From assembly GCA_907165135.1 (NCBI GenBank), contig OU015569.1:5456001-5520000 (forward strand): 64,000 nucleotides of DNA, written 5' to 3'. Both the position numbers and the translations under genes were made by a program. The notes below the pieces were generated by a model. It was given only the letters and a program-made list of their open reading frames with translations. It did no database searches and was not told where the DNA came from. Below, piece by piece: positions 25,685 through 37,790 of the stretch. The stretch is from Oikopleura dioica (taxonomy: Eukaryota; Animalia; Chordata). Each line of letters opens with the position of its first letter. The first letter of the stretch is position 1.

Positions 25685-28600
25685 TTAGCAGTCCACACTT
25701 GGGAAAGGACTTCTACTTCTTAGCTGCTGTATTCTTGGGTTTTTGGCATACAAGAGAGGAGGCTGAGTTTGTGGAATTTGTTGAGGCTCAGGTATAGTTG
25801 CTTGAGGAAAAGCGAAACCGACACCACGAGGAGTATTTGTTTCTGACCCGTTGCTTGCCTCTCCGGAATGTTGAGAGCCATAAGAACTATCGTCTGCATC
25901 TGACTCAGTTATATCTGTCAAATCGATCTTGTTCGTCGTTGTGTATGAAATTCTCATGTAGTTCTTGAGAAATTTCTTCTCCTGGCCGTTGCTGACAGTC
26001 GACGAGCTATTTATTGGGTTATTACGGTAACAATAAATCCATTACTTTTCACTCGAAGGACGAGCAGCTGGTTCAATAGGAGAGTGTTCTTTATTGATAA
26101 AGTCGCCTGCTTCGGAGAATACGTCGTCGTCTCCATAAGATGTCTGGACGGAAAGTGGACTCTTACCGTATCTTGAATAAAAAAATCACCTTGTTTTGTT
26201 CAATTCAACTCACATGTTAGCGCTTGATTTCTGTCTAATTTTCTGGAGCATTGGGCTGTTGAGTCTGCTTTGCTGAAACCTTGATTGTTCCTACAAACAT
26301 TTTGTTAGACCAAGAAAGGAAATATCGATAACTTTTGACGCGGCGAAAAGAATACTGCCTTCCCCGTGGAAGATGCTAGATTTACGGCGTTCTTGCCGTC
26401 GCTCGATCATTTTTCGGATGTCGTCTTCTGTTGGTTGGATGATCTCCACCCGATCACCCTCGTCGTTATCATCGTCGTCATCGTCTGACGACACATTTTC
26501 AAACCTAATGGTTGACTTTCGTCTTTGTTTAGCGTGCATATTCCCGCCTAAATCAAAGTCATGTAATTGACCCACATTAACAACTTCAAACCCGCTCCTG
26601 GATCAGAATCAGGCCCTGGACCTTCGTCGTCTAAGAACGCCCTGTTGATTTCCTCCAGCTTTCTCTCTGATACCGTCTTGTCTATGTCTTCAATTTTTTC
26701 TCCTTCTGCTGTTAAACTGGCCTCCAATGCTGCCCGTTTTTTTCGTTCAATTTCTCTTCGTTGCATACTTATATCAACATCTGCTACGAAATGATAGTAC
26801 GTTGACACACGATGCCTTAAAAAAGGATTACGGACAGACACACACAAAATATCTTACCAGAGCATGCAGATAAACTGCGCAATAATAAGAATGACGTAAA
26901 ATGCCAAAAAGAAGAGAGAAAGAGGTTGTAACTTTATCTCAGCCCAGTCGTCATCCTTACCTCCATTATAATTTTCGATGTAATCTCTTGAAAAATTTCC
27001 ATCGAAGAGAATACCAAATGAACCTTCTGACTCTACTTCATTATCGCACTTGGCAATATTCGGGACTTTAATCGGAATCTGTAGAAGCTCAGCGGAGTAT
27101 TTCAGAACAATTGTTGAGATAACGACCCAGACAGTATTGATGAAAAGATAAAGACCATATTTTTCAGCTCGAAACTCATTGACATCCTTGACAAGTTGTT
27201 TCTCATTCTCCACGAGTTCTTCATATTTTTCTCCATTTGATTTAAGTCCGATGTATCCATCTGTGGGGTCAACCATATCCCTCCAGAAGATATATTCCGG
27301 GTTTGAAAGAACGTGTACTGTGCAGTTATCATTAATTGGCGATTTGTTAGAAACGACCCATCCCAAATAATCTTTTTCCGTCTTTATTCGTTTTGCTTTC
27401 TCAAGCTTCATCCTCTCCGATTCATTTACGAATTTGCCTTCGCGTTTGAAAGATTCAATCTCTCTGTTGTACAACCAGCCGTAAGAAAAACTCATCTTTG
27501 GATCCGAAGGCTGCTCAGGATTCATTTTCAATCTTTGACTTGTGTTGTTCTCGCAGTTTGTCATCAGTTTCGTCCATTGAGTGAACTCACTTTTCTTAAG
27601 CTCGTGCACAGTTTCTCCGCCGTAATAAGACTCCTTCATAATATTTTCTTGTAAGAATTGTTCATCAAACTCATCTTCGATCATGTACGCAAGTTCTTGA
27701 GTGTCAGGTGGAATTTCTTCGATGGAAATGCGATCCGGTGCATCGGGTATAAAGTCGTTGTCACAAACTTGTGACTGAAACTCACTTGTAACTACCTTTG
27801 GTTTATTGTCATCACTATGCGCGTAGAATTTAGTATTTTTTGCTGGAACAATTGTCGGACACAGATTACAATGACAGCCATATCCGTCTTTTTGAACCGG
27901 GTCGACTGGGTCCTCTTCCTTGATTTCAGCGCCCATTATTTTTTGAAAGAAACTCCTATTGTCACTAGCTGCTGCCTTTGATGGCGCCTGGCGTGTTCCC
28001 CAGGAGAAATCGTTCAGGTTGGCAATAGAGTAAATTTGAAGGAAGATAAAGCAAGAGGGAATAAAGAGAAAGTAAACTACCCCACAGAAGAGAGATTTCA
28101 CATCAAAATGAAGCAATCCAGCGACAATATGTACAGCTGCTAAGCCAACAAAGAATAAAAACGAAGGGCTAAAAGGACAATTGACGCCTTCCATGATGAT
28201 TCCAATCAAAACAATCAACATAAGGAAACTGAACATCAGGGAGAGCCAGCTTGCAAGCTTGATCTGTAAGTCTCCATTGCCACTCAAGTAGCAAGCGATG
28301 CAGAAAATTACTACCGGCGCCATAACGATGAGATAGCAGAAACCCTTGTCCAAGTTGTATCCTAACGCAATATAAAACGCTTCAGCCACCATCATCATTG
28401 TTGTGGAAACGCCAATTATAGAAAACATCAGCATAAAGAGATGGTAGAGCACATATGGAAGCGAGATATATGGATTATTTTTGCGAGCGTCAAATTGATT
28501 CAAGATTAGCTGCCAGACATTTGCCGTGGTTGAAGGACCCCATCGCCGCCTCTAAAATTTCAGACTTATCTACGAAGTATCACTAAAATGACTGCAAACA

Positions 28601-31600
28601 GTCTTAAGGATATAAGCTATGAATTTGAGCTTTCGTAGCGCCTAAATGCGACGTAGGATCATTTTCATTTCAAAAGCAATCCTACCTAAAAATGCACGCA
28701 TAACTCAAATCTTGTACTTTAAAAAAATTTTCGAAGAAAATTTTCCCTTTAGAGCGATTTCAAATCTTACGATCTCGATTTCTCGAAAATTTTCCATTAA
28801 ATCGCTAAAACTAAACCGTGTTTTTTATATCGATGATGTTAAGCTAGAAAATTGACGGGCTTTTATTTCAAAACTCTCTCGAATTTTCATTCTAGCGTTT
28901 TCCTCTTTTTTGCTCGTGTTTTTCTTCTTTTTGTGCTTTTTCGCGTGCAACCAATCAAAGCGCTCCGCTCAACCGCGCCACTCTCACGGAAAAGAGGAGC
29001 CGAGAGTCCGAGTGCCCAGCGCGCCGCTTTTTACACTATTCACGCGCTGGGTAAGCCTCATGGAAATGGCTCTAAAATCGGTTTCGGTCGGAATTAGGGA
29101 AAACTGATCCGTCAATTTTATAGATAAGGGTTAAGAGAAGTTATTCATCGAAAAAACTCGACCGATTTAGTGGAAAAATTTCGAGGAATCGCGATCGTAA
29201 GATTTGAAAACGCTCTAAAAGAAAAATTTTCTATAAAAAATTTTTTAAAAATACCAGATTTGAGTTTTACGCGCATTTTTAGGTAGGATTACTTTTGAAG
29301 TGAAAATGATCCTACGTCCCATTTAGGCGCTACAAAAGTTCGAATTCATAGCTTATATCCTTAAGTAGGAACTTGCTCCGATAAGAATGCCGGCAGACAG
29401 TCTGAAGTAGGAACTAATGCGGAAATAATGCGAAAGTAAGTGTTTTCAAGAGTATGATAATGAACTACCATAGAGTTGAGCTCTAAGTGGAGAAAGCCTC
29501 CGGGTCCCCTTTCCCGTTTCCCGCGAAGATCACTCGCAGGGAAGTCTAGAAATTTTCCTTAGCGCGTGTTGGGCGCTTCAGAAGAATCTCGAAAATCATT
29601 TCTGCGAAAATGAAGGGATTCAGCCAATCATAGAATCGAGAAGGCGAACTCCAGGTTTTGGCGCAGATTTAGGCGCGCCCAGATCGAGCGTCTTACGGGG
29701 CCTAAGACGCTCAGATTCTCCTATCTCCACTTAGAGCTCAACTCCATGGTAGTAATGGTCAAGTACTCTGCCGTCTTAGTGTTTTTCTGAAGTAACCAGG
29801 GTTACCTGTTTGTAAAACGTTGGTAAATCTTCAGGAGCAAATGTGTTGCAATGCGCCGATGCTTCGAACTCAATTCTACCACCAGATGTAAGCATAAGCG
29901 TGCATAGCTTAAAATTTATTTAGTAGCCCTCAGAGAGGCCTTACCCATCGATCCTCGCCTTGGTCAAACTGCAACTTTTCCAGTGGTGTACTTGCCAAAG
30001 ACTTGTACATTGCCATCACGTTCGGCCTCGCCAGATGACTGATTCTAACCAACGAAAAACAACCAGGCGAACACAGTACACAGCCTAGAACGTGCTCAGT
30101 CGTCTTTTGTAGCCAATGTCCAACTGCATATTCAAATCTTTGATACATTACTAGCCAGCTAGAACCCATCGGATGGATTTGACTACAGCAAGCTGCCACG
30201 TGATCGTTTCTTTTCAGTCGATTCAGGACTATTTCAAGAGCAGGAGGGTCAAAGTCCACGTCACCATCGAGCGCAAGAATGAAACACTTATCTTTTTCTA
30301 GCTTTTCATATGCGCCGGAGATTTCCATTTCATCAGTGGCATCAATTTTCCAGCCGATAAGGTAGTAGAGATACATAACTTTTTTAATGTTCAATTTTTA
30401 ATATCCTCTAACTTTTAAGAGAAATTGAAATCGATTTGAACTCGACCTTGACTCCATCGTTTGCCTCGTTGTACCTTTTCCGCATCTTTGAGATGAACTA
30501 CGAACTGTGTGCCCTCAATGTCGTACTCCAGTCTACCTCTACTCACGGGTAAACAAATGCGATTCCTACAGTTTTATTTTGACAGCTCTTTATTGTCGTC
30601 ATAGTTTGATAAGGAGGTTTTGTTTACACGTGACCCGTAAGGAGTGAGAACAACCCTTCCACGCTGCAGAATAGTATCATTTGAGTCTCTATCTTTTTTC
30701 ATCAGTCCAAAAAGAGACAATGCTTTTTCTAATTCGTCGAGAAATTGGCAAACCCATTTGTTCAGTACTTTTACTGTGTCCCTTTCGAATATGATATCAT
30801 TGTCGTCAAACACATTGTCAAAGAAAATATGAACTTCCATGTTGAAATAATCATGCTTTTAGGAGGTTGAAAATTGTCGTGTGATTTTCATCTAACTACA
30901 GAATAGTCCTGTATTCTATTTGCTCAGATGAATGAGTTCTATAATTAGTATAGGTACTATAAAAATTAATCTCGAGCTCGACCTTGGCGTCTTCGTTGTC
31001 CTGCGCTCTCTGGGCCCTTTTCTCCTTTGCATTTCTATGTTTTATGAGTTTGATTACTGATCTCAACATTGTCGCCATTTCAAAGTCCTCTTCGTGCCAT
31101 AACGTCGTGCAGACGTAAATCAGAGGCACCCGTTGACCGCTGCTCCACCGATAAGACTTGTCATAGGAAAAGCGTTTCATGTTGCTTTGGCCGAACTCGC
31201 CCGCATCCTGCGTCTTCCGCCTTCCAAGTGTGTCCACTTTGTCCTTAACTCCACCAAAAGTTTTTGACATTTTGAAATGATGAAATGGCTGTTTTCTTCG
31301 GCGTCTTTTAGGAGGATATTTTTCACTTCTTCCTCCACCTCAACCACTTTTCTATTCAACATCAACATGGTATTCGTGAAGAGAGGAGTGTAAGATGCAA
31401 AGTCGAATACTTTCCTCTCCAGTGGGTAAATCAGATAATCATCATCAAGGAGATGTGTCGTCAAGACGAAAAACTGAAAGATTCCAAAGAGAAAGGGTAC
31501 AACCATTTCCCAGCTGTTTTCTCTATGTGCAAGGATACAAAAGGCAGAGATAAGGCCCACAAGATTAGGTAAATACGATCCGAGCATTTGGCTGTTGATT

Positions 31601-33156
31601 CGGACAGCAGTTTTCGAGAAGTAGCTCAACAAAGGAGTGGTGATTGCGATACGGAATATTGCCTCGTTCAGAGTCAGCTCACAACTAAGTTCACTGCATA
31701 CGAGATTGCATTCATCCGTTTTCAATTCTTCGAAGGGCGAACTTCCGGCAGACACTATCACCCCAGCATAAATACCTAAAATCAGCTATTAAAACACCTA
31801 TAAATTGGAAATACACGCAATTATCCGCACTTAGAGCTATTTGTCTACATTCGAGCAAACATGTTCCTGCGTAACTCTTGTTTACCAAGATCGCGACATG
31901 AAAAACTTACGTTTTCCGTATCAAGTAAAAAAATACCAAAGCAAACACTTGCGTTGATCCGCACTTACTCAAAAATAACGCGATGCGTATGGCCACTCCG
32001 GAGACTCCACACCATGCTGCGCCTTCTGTTTTTAAATTTTCCTGTATATTTGAATTTTTAGCATTGAACCTTTTTTGATTTCAATCATTTGCTCAAGTTA
32101 TTTCTTTGAGAGCTTAATTATGTACTTGAATGATCTTTCCTGTGTCCCTTGCAATTGAAAGCGTCTTCGCGAACTGGTCGAAAGGCACAAACTGATGCAT
32201 AGTTGCTCCAATATCTTATAGAAACTAGAACGAGACAGATAACGAGAACCATGGCAATGGCTGCACTGCTCGGTACATCAGAATTGGTTGGATGCGACTT
32301 GAGTGAAGATAGAAAGACTAAGCCAACAATAAAAGCAGCAACGCCGGCTAGCCTGATGACCAATGCTACGAAGTTGTATCCGGTGCGGTTGCGCACTTCA
32401 AACCAGCGTTCCAGCTGCCCAAAAATTGTCCACTTGCCCCGGTATTTCAAGTCGTTTGTCATCAAGGAGAATACAAGAGGGGTTGCAGTAACGTAAAGCG
32501 AGGAAACTACAAACGCAGTGCCGTCGAGAGAGCCACCAACGTAAAAGACCATAAGGCCGATGCCGATGGCACAAAAAGCTTCGCAGAGCAAAGTGTTGAT
32601 CCATTGTCTCAAGTTGGGACGGACGTCTTTTTTGAAAAAGATAAAGTACAAGTAATAAATAGCAGCGTATAACTCAGGAATGAGTACCAGATAAAAAGCA
32701 AGGGTCATGTTGGAGCTGAGGAGGAGTCAGCCGATTGTAATGTCGGAGTTTGAGTAATTTAGTGGACAGTTGGCCCGCGTGCGTTCTCACGAATGCACAC
32801 GGCTGTTCTTGAATGACAGCGCGGCAAACACTGAGTGCTCCTTTGAAAGAAGAACTCGCCTTTCTGCGCAACGTTGCTCTACATGTCAATCACAACTCGA
32901 GGAATTCGCTGACTCCGTTCCTGTAGCAGGGGGTACTCGGTCTGAGATGAGGTAAAAAATCGGCGAAAGCTGAGTAGTGCATAATATTGACGATAACAAC
33001 GAGTACAAAGAGGATTAGAATAGTGAATATGCGGGAAAATATCTTGATGTAGTTTTCGGCCGTCGACTCCTTTACCTTCCCATAATCCGTCCAGTCGATC
33101 TTCTTCGCGCGATCCCATCGCCGCGGATTGTCGTTAGGAAGACTCTCATTGTTCAT
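25685..33156 (-). CDS. CHS: Chitin synthase (GT2, metazoan type), multi-exon
   Basis: IYVCTTLWHE, TPYGGRL, HLKD..KRWSQVMYLYYLIG, LALDGDVDF, YQRFEYAVGHWLQKTTEHVLGCVLCSPGCFSL, QFDQGEDRW, YKQ|RRRWGPST and WGTR motifs, plus N- and C-terminal TM bundles. Confidence 0.95.
28604..29364. mobile_element. Non-autonomous DNA transposon (753 bp) with ~250 bp imperfect TIRs and TTAA TSD, Kolobok-like termini, intronic in chitin synthase
   Basis: TTAA|GGATATAAGCTATGAATT (28604-) ... AATTCATAGCTTATATCC|TTAA (-29364); arms ~28608-28858 and ~29109-29360 are reverse complements with scattered mismatches; no transposase ORF. Confidence 0.85.
29466..29751. mobile_element. MITE (~282 bp) with ~25 bp TIRs and TA TSD, copy 1
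   Basis: TA|CCATAGAGTTGAGCTCTAAGTGGAG ... CTCCACTTAGAGCTCAACTCCATGG|TA; a related copy lies at 37791-38085 in the opposite orientation. Confidence 0.85.
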
Positions 33157-33519
33157 TTATCTCTTGACAGAGCGATATTGTCTTTATCGCCCTGGAAAGC
33201 TTATCTCAGAGACACTGATAATAAAAAGTTACAGTGATAATGCTTTGTTTATGCTCTTAAAGTTATAAATGCGTCCGGATGCTAGAGTCGTTGTCGAGAG
33301 GCGAGAACTGGCTCTTGATCGCCCTCGCCTCAGAGAAAAGATAGTGTGCCTAAACAGACTAATATTTATTAAACGACATCAAAGCAAGATGCATGCGCAT
33401 GGAATGCGTCTCTTGTGACGAGCCGCTGTTCAGTAATTTTCTCAAGTACTGAGAAAATTCTTATTGCAGTGATCAAACATAACACGAGTAAATAATAAAC
33501 GCTTTCTACACTTTTCTAT

Positions 33520-35370
33520 TTATTTAATAATGATAGGATGATCATCAGGCAACAAGTATAATTTCGTCAACTCAACGGTGCTCATTTTGTTGCTCATTTT
33601 CGTGACGATGCAGCTCTCTCGCTGATTTTCACTTGTCTCACGGCAGTTCTTCAAATGCCATTTATGGAAGAGCCCTGGATCGTTAGCTCGCAAAAAGATG
33701 ATCTTCGAAAAAATTATTCTAGGCTGATTAATTAATGAAATATTACCCTATTCTTCGCGCATTCAGTAGCGAACTCAGTGTCCTCGCCTCCCCAACCTTC
33801 CATCAGCTCATTGAAGCCATTTGTTTTCAGGAATGCGTCCTTTGTCATTGAAACCATTCCATATGAAAAATATCTCCAGAAGCCATTAGTTTGGGTTAGC
33901 TCATGATTCTTCGAATTATGTTCATACTGGCTTATTGTGAGATTAAGTTTAAAATGGCTAAATAATACTCAAATACAAACCTAAAGAATGTAGGATAAAA
34001 AGCAGTATTGTTGCCGGTAAAGAGTCGAATGCGTTCAAAAATGGTTTCGTTGAGATAGAGATCCACATCGCAGATGAAAAATAACTCCTTTTCGCTGTTG
34101 AGAGAGTCGATTCCTCTGTTGAGGCAATCGCTCCGCTTGAATTTACTGTTTGTGCACAGAACTGTCTTGATTCGTGCAGGATATAAATTCTTCTTTATGT
34201 TAGCTTGAAGATAGTTTTTGATGCCGGATATTTCTGATTCTAAGACCGCTTTTATCTTGGTTATTTTTTCTCTTCACTAATGAATGCATTCACAGGAAAT
34301 TAATGTTTCTTCCTAAGTAATTTCTATAGGAGGTTCGCGCAAAGTTCTTCTCAGTGAGCATATAGAACCTCTTATAGGAATATAGGAAGTTAAACTAAGA
34401 AATACTAAGAAGTTATTTCTATAATCGATTTATCAACAAAGAAAAATATAAACCATTCCTAGAACAAGATAAAGATTCGTGTCTTTTTCTGCAAACTTCA
34501 CAAAGTCGGCAAGAAATCTTCTAAGAGTGTGAACTCTTCCATAGAATGGAACAATGATAGTTACCGCCCGATTTGATAGGAGAGCAGCTTCGTGAATCTC
34601 AACCGCCTCGCTAACAAGTATTTTCCCCGAAAATTTCTTTGTTTAATTAATTACTCTCGAAAATTTTTCACTTACTTTGAAATGGATATTTTTAAGTCGA
34701 TTATTGTCGTTGGAAATCCCGACGAGTCCTTCAGTGTTGTAGCCAAAGTATGCGAGTCCTTCTGTGTTGGGTATATCCTTGAAAGATTCGGCCAGGTGTC
34801 TCGGAATCTTCACAATCAGCGGACCGAGTATGCCGTTATAAATTTTTCCAGATCTGTGTCCCCATCCATCGATTCTTTGAAAAAGTATTTCGCTTAGATT
34901 CTCGAGCTTTTTTCTTGTACTCATTGATTTCTTCGGGCAAAGGTTGAAAGCTCACTATATGCGCGCGAAGATCCCGAATCTTCTTCTTGAGTTCTTTGTA
35001 AAAATCAACTTCATGGTCTTCTAAAGAAGTAGATCTGATGTCCTTGCTGTTCATGTTTCTCTCAAAATCAGCAAGAAGAAAATTTGCCTAGTGGAAATCA
35101 TAAATGATTATTGAATCAATTTTATCCTACTCTCTTGCTAACTGCTTCTAGCGTCATCGAGCTTTCCACGTTGTTGGGCAGAAGTTGATTCACTTTCTGG
35201 TAAAAACCTCCAATAAAGTATCCAAAAACTGAGGACAACAAAAAATATAGCAAAGTCCAGTTAAATTTTGCCTTTATAAATACAGCTCGTTTCCATTGTC
35301 TTTTGCCAACGAAATAATTTTGTAAATCCACAGCGAAGTTGTTGTTATCTTCTGCCGGTGAAGGCTTCAT
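33520..35370 (-). CDS. Chondroitin N-acetylgalactosaminyltransferase / chondroitin synthase-like glycosyltransferase (type II membrane)
   Basis: N-terminal TM (WTLLYFLLSSVFGYFIGGF); TIIVPFYGR; LFFICDVDLYL (DxD); AFYPTFF; GFWRYFSYGMVSM; GFNELMEGWGGED; DPGLFHKWHLKNC, all typical of the CSGALNACT/CHSY C-terminal catalytic domain. Confidence 0.8.
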
Positions 35371-35474
35371 TGACTTTCTTATGATTCTCTCTCAGAAAGA
35401 AAAGACTATTTTAAGAAACGCAGGACAATTTATATCGGTAGTCGAAATCTTAAAAACAAAATATTTTCGTTTAT

Positions 35475-36884
35475 TTATGACAACATAGGAAAGAAAAGGT
35501 ATATTTTCAACTCTTTGTCTGCGACGATTTCTAATTTTGAGTTTGGTGTGATAAGAAATTCCATTTTCTTCGAGATTGAGCGGCCATTTAAAGTTCCGCA
35601 TCCTTTCCAGACAAGAGCAGCTTTTTTGGGTGAGGATAAGCGTCGACTTACATGAAGTAATTCATTCATGAACTAAGAATTATGAAAGTCACCGATTCCT
35701 TTAGGGCTACAGTCGTTTTCGTAATATAGATTTTTACCCTTCTTTATAAGCCACTCTTCGCCGTCAAACATGTCGTGGAATATTTTGGACTGAAAGATTA
35801 ATAAAAGGAAAAGGGTCCAAAATCACCATTTCAAAACTTTCAGTGTGCTTGAAAACGCGTTTGTTTGTTTTCCAAATCGTTTCCGATTTCGGATCCACAT
35901 TCATCTCCCAATCAATACAGCGGTCGACAAACTCTTCAACGTTCCTAATTCTTTTTTAATAATTTCTCAACGCTTCTCTTACTGAAGCCCACGAAGCTGA
36001 TTGTCGTTTTTCATCGAGACTAATTGATCAGCATTGATTCTTTCGCCGAGTTTCCAGGCTTAATTGTTGATTAATGAGCATGGTTTTTGAAATTTACCCA
36101 AAAAGTTGAAATCGTCTTGGGGTCTCTGGATTTCTATAGTCAACACTGGTCCCGGAGCGTGCACGAATCCGGGCCTGACCATCCAGCATTCACCTTCTTT
36201 GACTTCGTATTCGTTCATAAGATTGTACAACGCGTCACTTTTCCCGAATTCGTTCATTGCTTCCAAAAGCATCTCCTTTGAAACTTCTTTCTTGAAGCCC
36301 ATTCGCGTTATTGGCGAAGAATCTTTGGGAATAAATGGAAAGAACTGTGCTTCTGCTTTTCCGCAGGAAATTTGATTGTTCCGGTCTTTTGTGCAGCCAG
36401 CGTGGATATGTGCAGGAATAGGAGGTATCTCATTTGTTCCGAAACTTGTCTAATGTGATCATTTATAGAAACATTCTTGAACAATTTAAGATACCTGTGT
36501 TAATTTTCCTCCGATATCAAGAACTTTTATCAAAGGCCAAGAATCTCTTAGACGCGTTAAGTTTTCAAGAATATTTCAATTCTACCTGAAAGTTCCAAGT
36601 AATCGCTCTTCGCAAGCATTCACTGCATCGAGAAAGGAGAAATCATATCCTTGAACTTTTGTGAGCCCTTCGCCAGTCAATTTGACAGGATTTTGAGCTT
36701 CAACTAATGACAGAATCCACCGCTCTACTGGCCAATACCCTCTTTGATCTGGCTCTTCATCGCTCGAATTTTTACCAAGAAAATTGTTTCCATTGTAACT
36801 TCCTCTGTAAACAATGGTTTCTCTTCCGAATAAAATACCCCCTGTTAATTCGAGTTCTCTCTCTATTACTTCAGACAACATCAT
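35475..36884 (-). CDS. Bacterial-type phosphomannose-isomerase-like cupin protein, with at least five GT-AG introns
   Basis: Spliced product contains WPLIKVLDIGG, PIPAHIHAG, GKAEAQFFP and ECWMVRPGFVHAPGPVLTIEIQRPQDD. These parallel bacterial ManA-type motifs (FPLLxKxLD, xHP, GKxEcWY, VPxGTxHA...E.Q..SD). The last intron boundary is not resolved. Confidence 0.75.
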
Positions 36885-37116
36885 TTGTCTTATTCGAAAT
36901 TATTTCTATGTCCTTCAATGGGCGTTGGCTATGCAAATAATCTTTTTTTCCATTTCTTAGATATTTTAAACTAAAGATAATAAATTCTACTGATATTACT
37001 TCTATGGTTAGAGCAGAAACATTCTGCCGTTAATTCTATGATCACTGGATTACAGTAATTTTTGAAGTCATCACTAAAAAAAATAATATAAATATTGTCT
37101 TTGTTGAAACACCATC

Positions 37117-37235
37117 GCTTAGCGTCATACCGCGTAGAATAAACCAGTTCTCGTCCGATCACTGAAGTCAAACTACGACGGGCGGGGTTAGTACTTACAT
37201 GGGTGACCGGTTGGGAATACCTCGTGCGCTAAGCA
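37117..37235 (+). rRNA. 5S rRNA: 5S rRNA gene, left copy
   Basis: GCTTAGCGTCATACC...TCTCGTCCGATCACTGAAGTCAA...GGTTAGTACTTACATGGGTGACCGGTTGGGAATACCTCGTGCGCTAAGCA, 119 nt with pairing ends, followed by a TTTT Pol III terminator. Confidence 0.95.
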
Positions 37236-37490
37236 TTTTGATTTTTTGCAAGGAAATGGATCATCCTTTTGTCTCGGGCAAAATTTCCCAAAAGATTTTC
37301 GATGAATCGAACTAGCTACCATCGAAAATGATTGACATTATCTTTGTGAAACATTGAGAGTGGAGCTTGCGTTGCGGGCGGCGTGGCACTTGTAAAAAAG
37401 CGCCCTCTACCGCGCGATTTTCTGAAAAGAGGCCGAAAATAGGAGCGCGCAGCGACAAAACGACCTCGAAATCAAGCACCCCTTCTCTTT

Positions 37491-37583
37491 ACTCATCCCA
37501 TTTTTGAGTCCGATTTCGATTGTCTAACAGGTAAGAATCGTCTCCATGCCCTCTCTCTCCTATGACGCGCTTTTTTTAAGGTG
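37491..37583 (+). ncRNA. SL RNA: Spliced-leader (SL) RNA gene, left copy; SL exon 37491-37530, donor GTAAG at 37531; 3' end approximate
   Basis: The 40-nt exon matches the O. dioica SL sequence as recalled from the literature and is followed by a perfect 5' splice donor; ~255 nt downstream of the 5S gene on the same strand. Confidence 0.92.
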
Positions 37584-37790
37584 GTGGAAGTTTTCTAGCC
37601 CACTTGCGCCTTATAAACCCTAGAACACCATACCTTTTTGGAATCAGCAGGAAATTCTAAGAACTTTGACCGTTTTAGTTTTCGAAAATTCCACTTCCGG
37701 TCCGATTCTAGAGCCGGAAGTTGGCGAAATTTTGGAGTAATGGTAGTTGGTGACATATGAAATTAATGCTCAGAAGATTTTGAGTCATCC

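Noticed and set aside
28552-29805. Chitin synthase disrupted by transposons (pseudogene)
   Set aside because: Both elements lie within an intron with intact GT and AG ends, and QRRRW is restored on splicing.
31289-31326. Apparent frameshift in chitin synthase between ORFs 31177-31761 and 30896-31270
   Set aside because: A 38-nt GT-AG intron (GTGAAAA...AAAACAG) joins the two frames cleanly.
34324-34377. 13-bp imperfect hairpin in a glycosyltransferase intron
   Set aside because: Too short, with no TSD and no second copy in the window.
35475-36884. Bacterial contamination as the source of the PMI-like gene
   Set aside because: It has multiple spliceosomal introns and host-like composition, and is contiguous with host genes.
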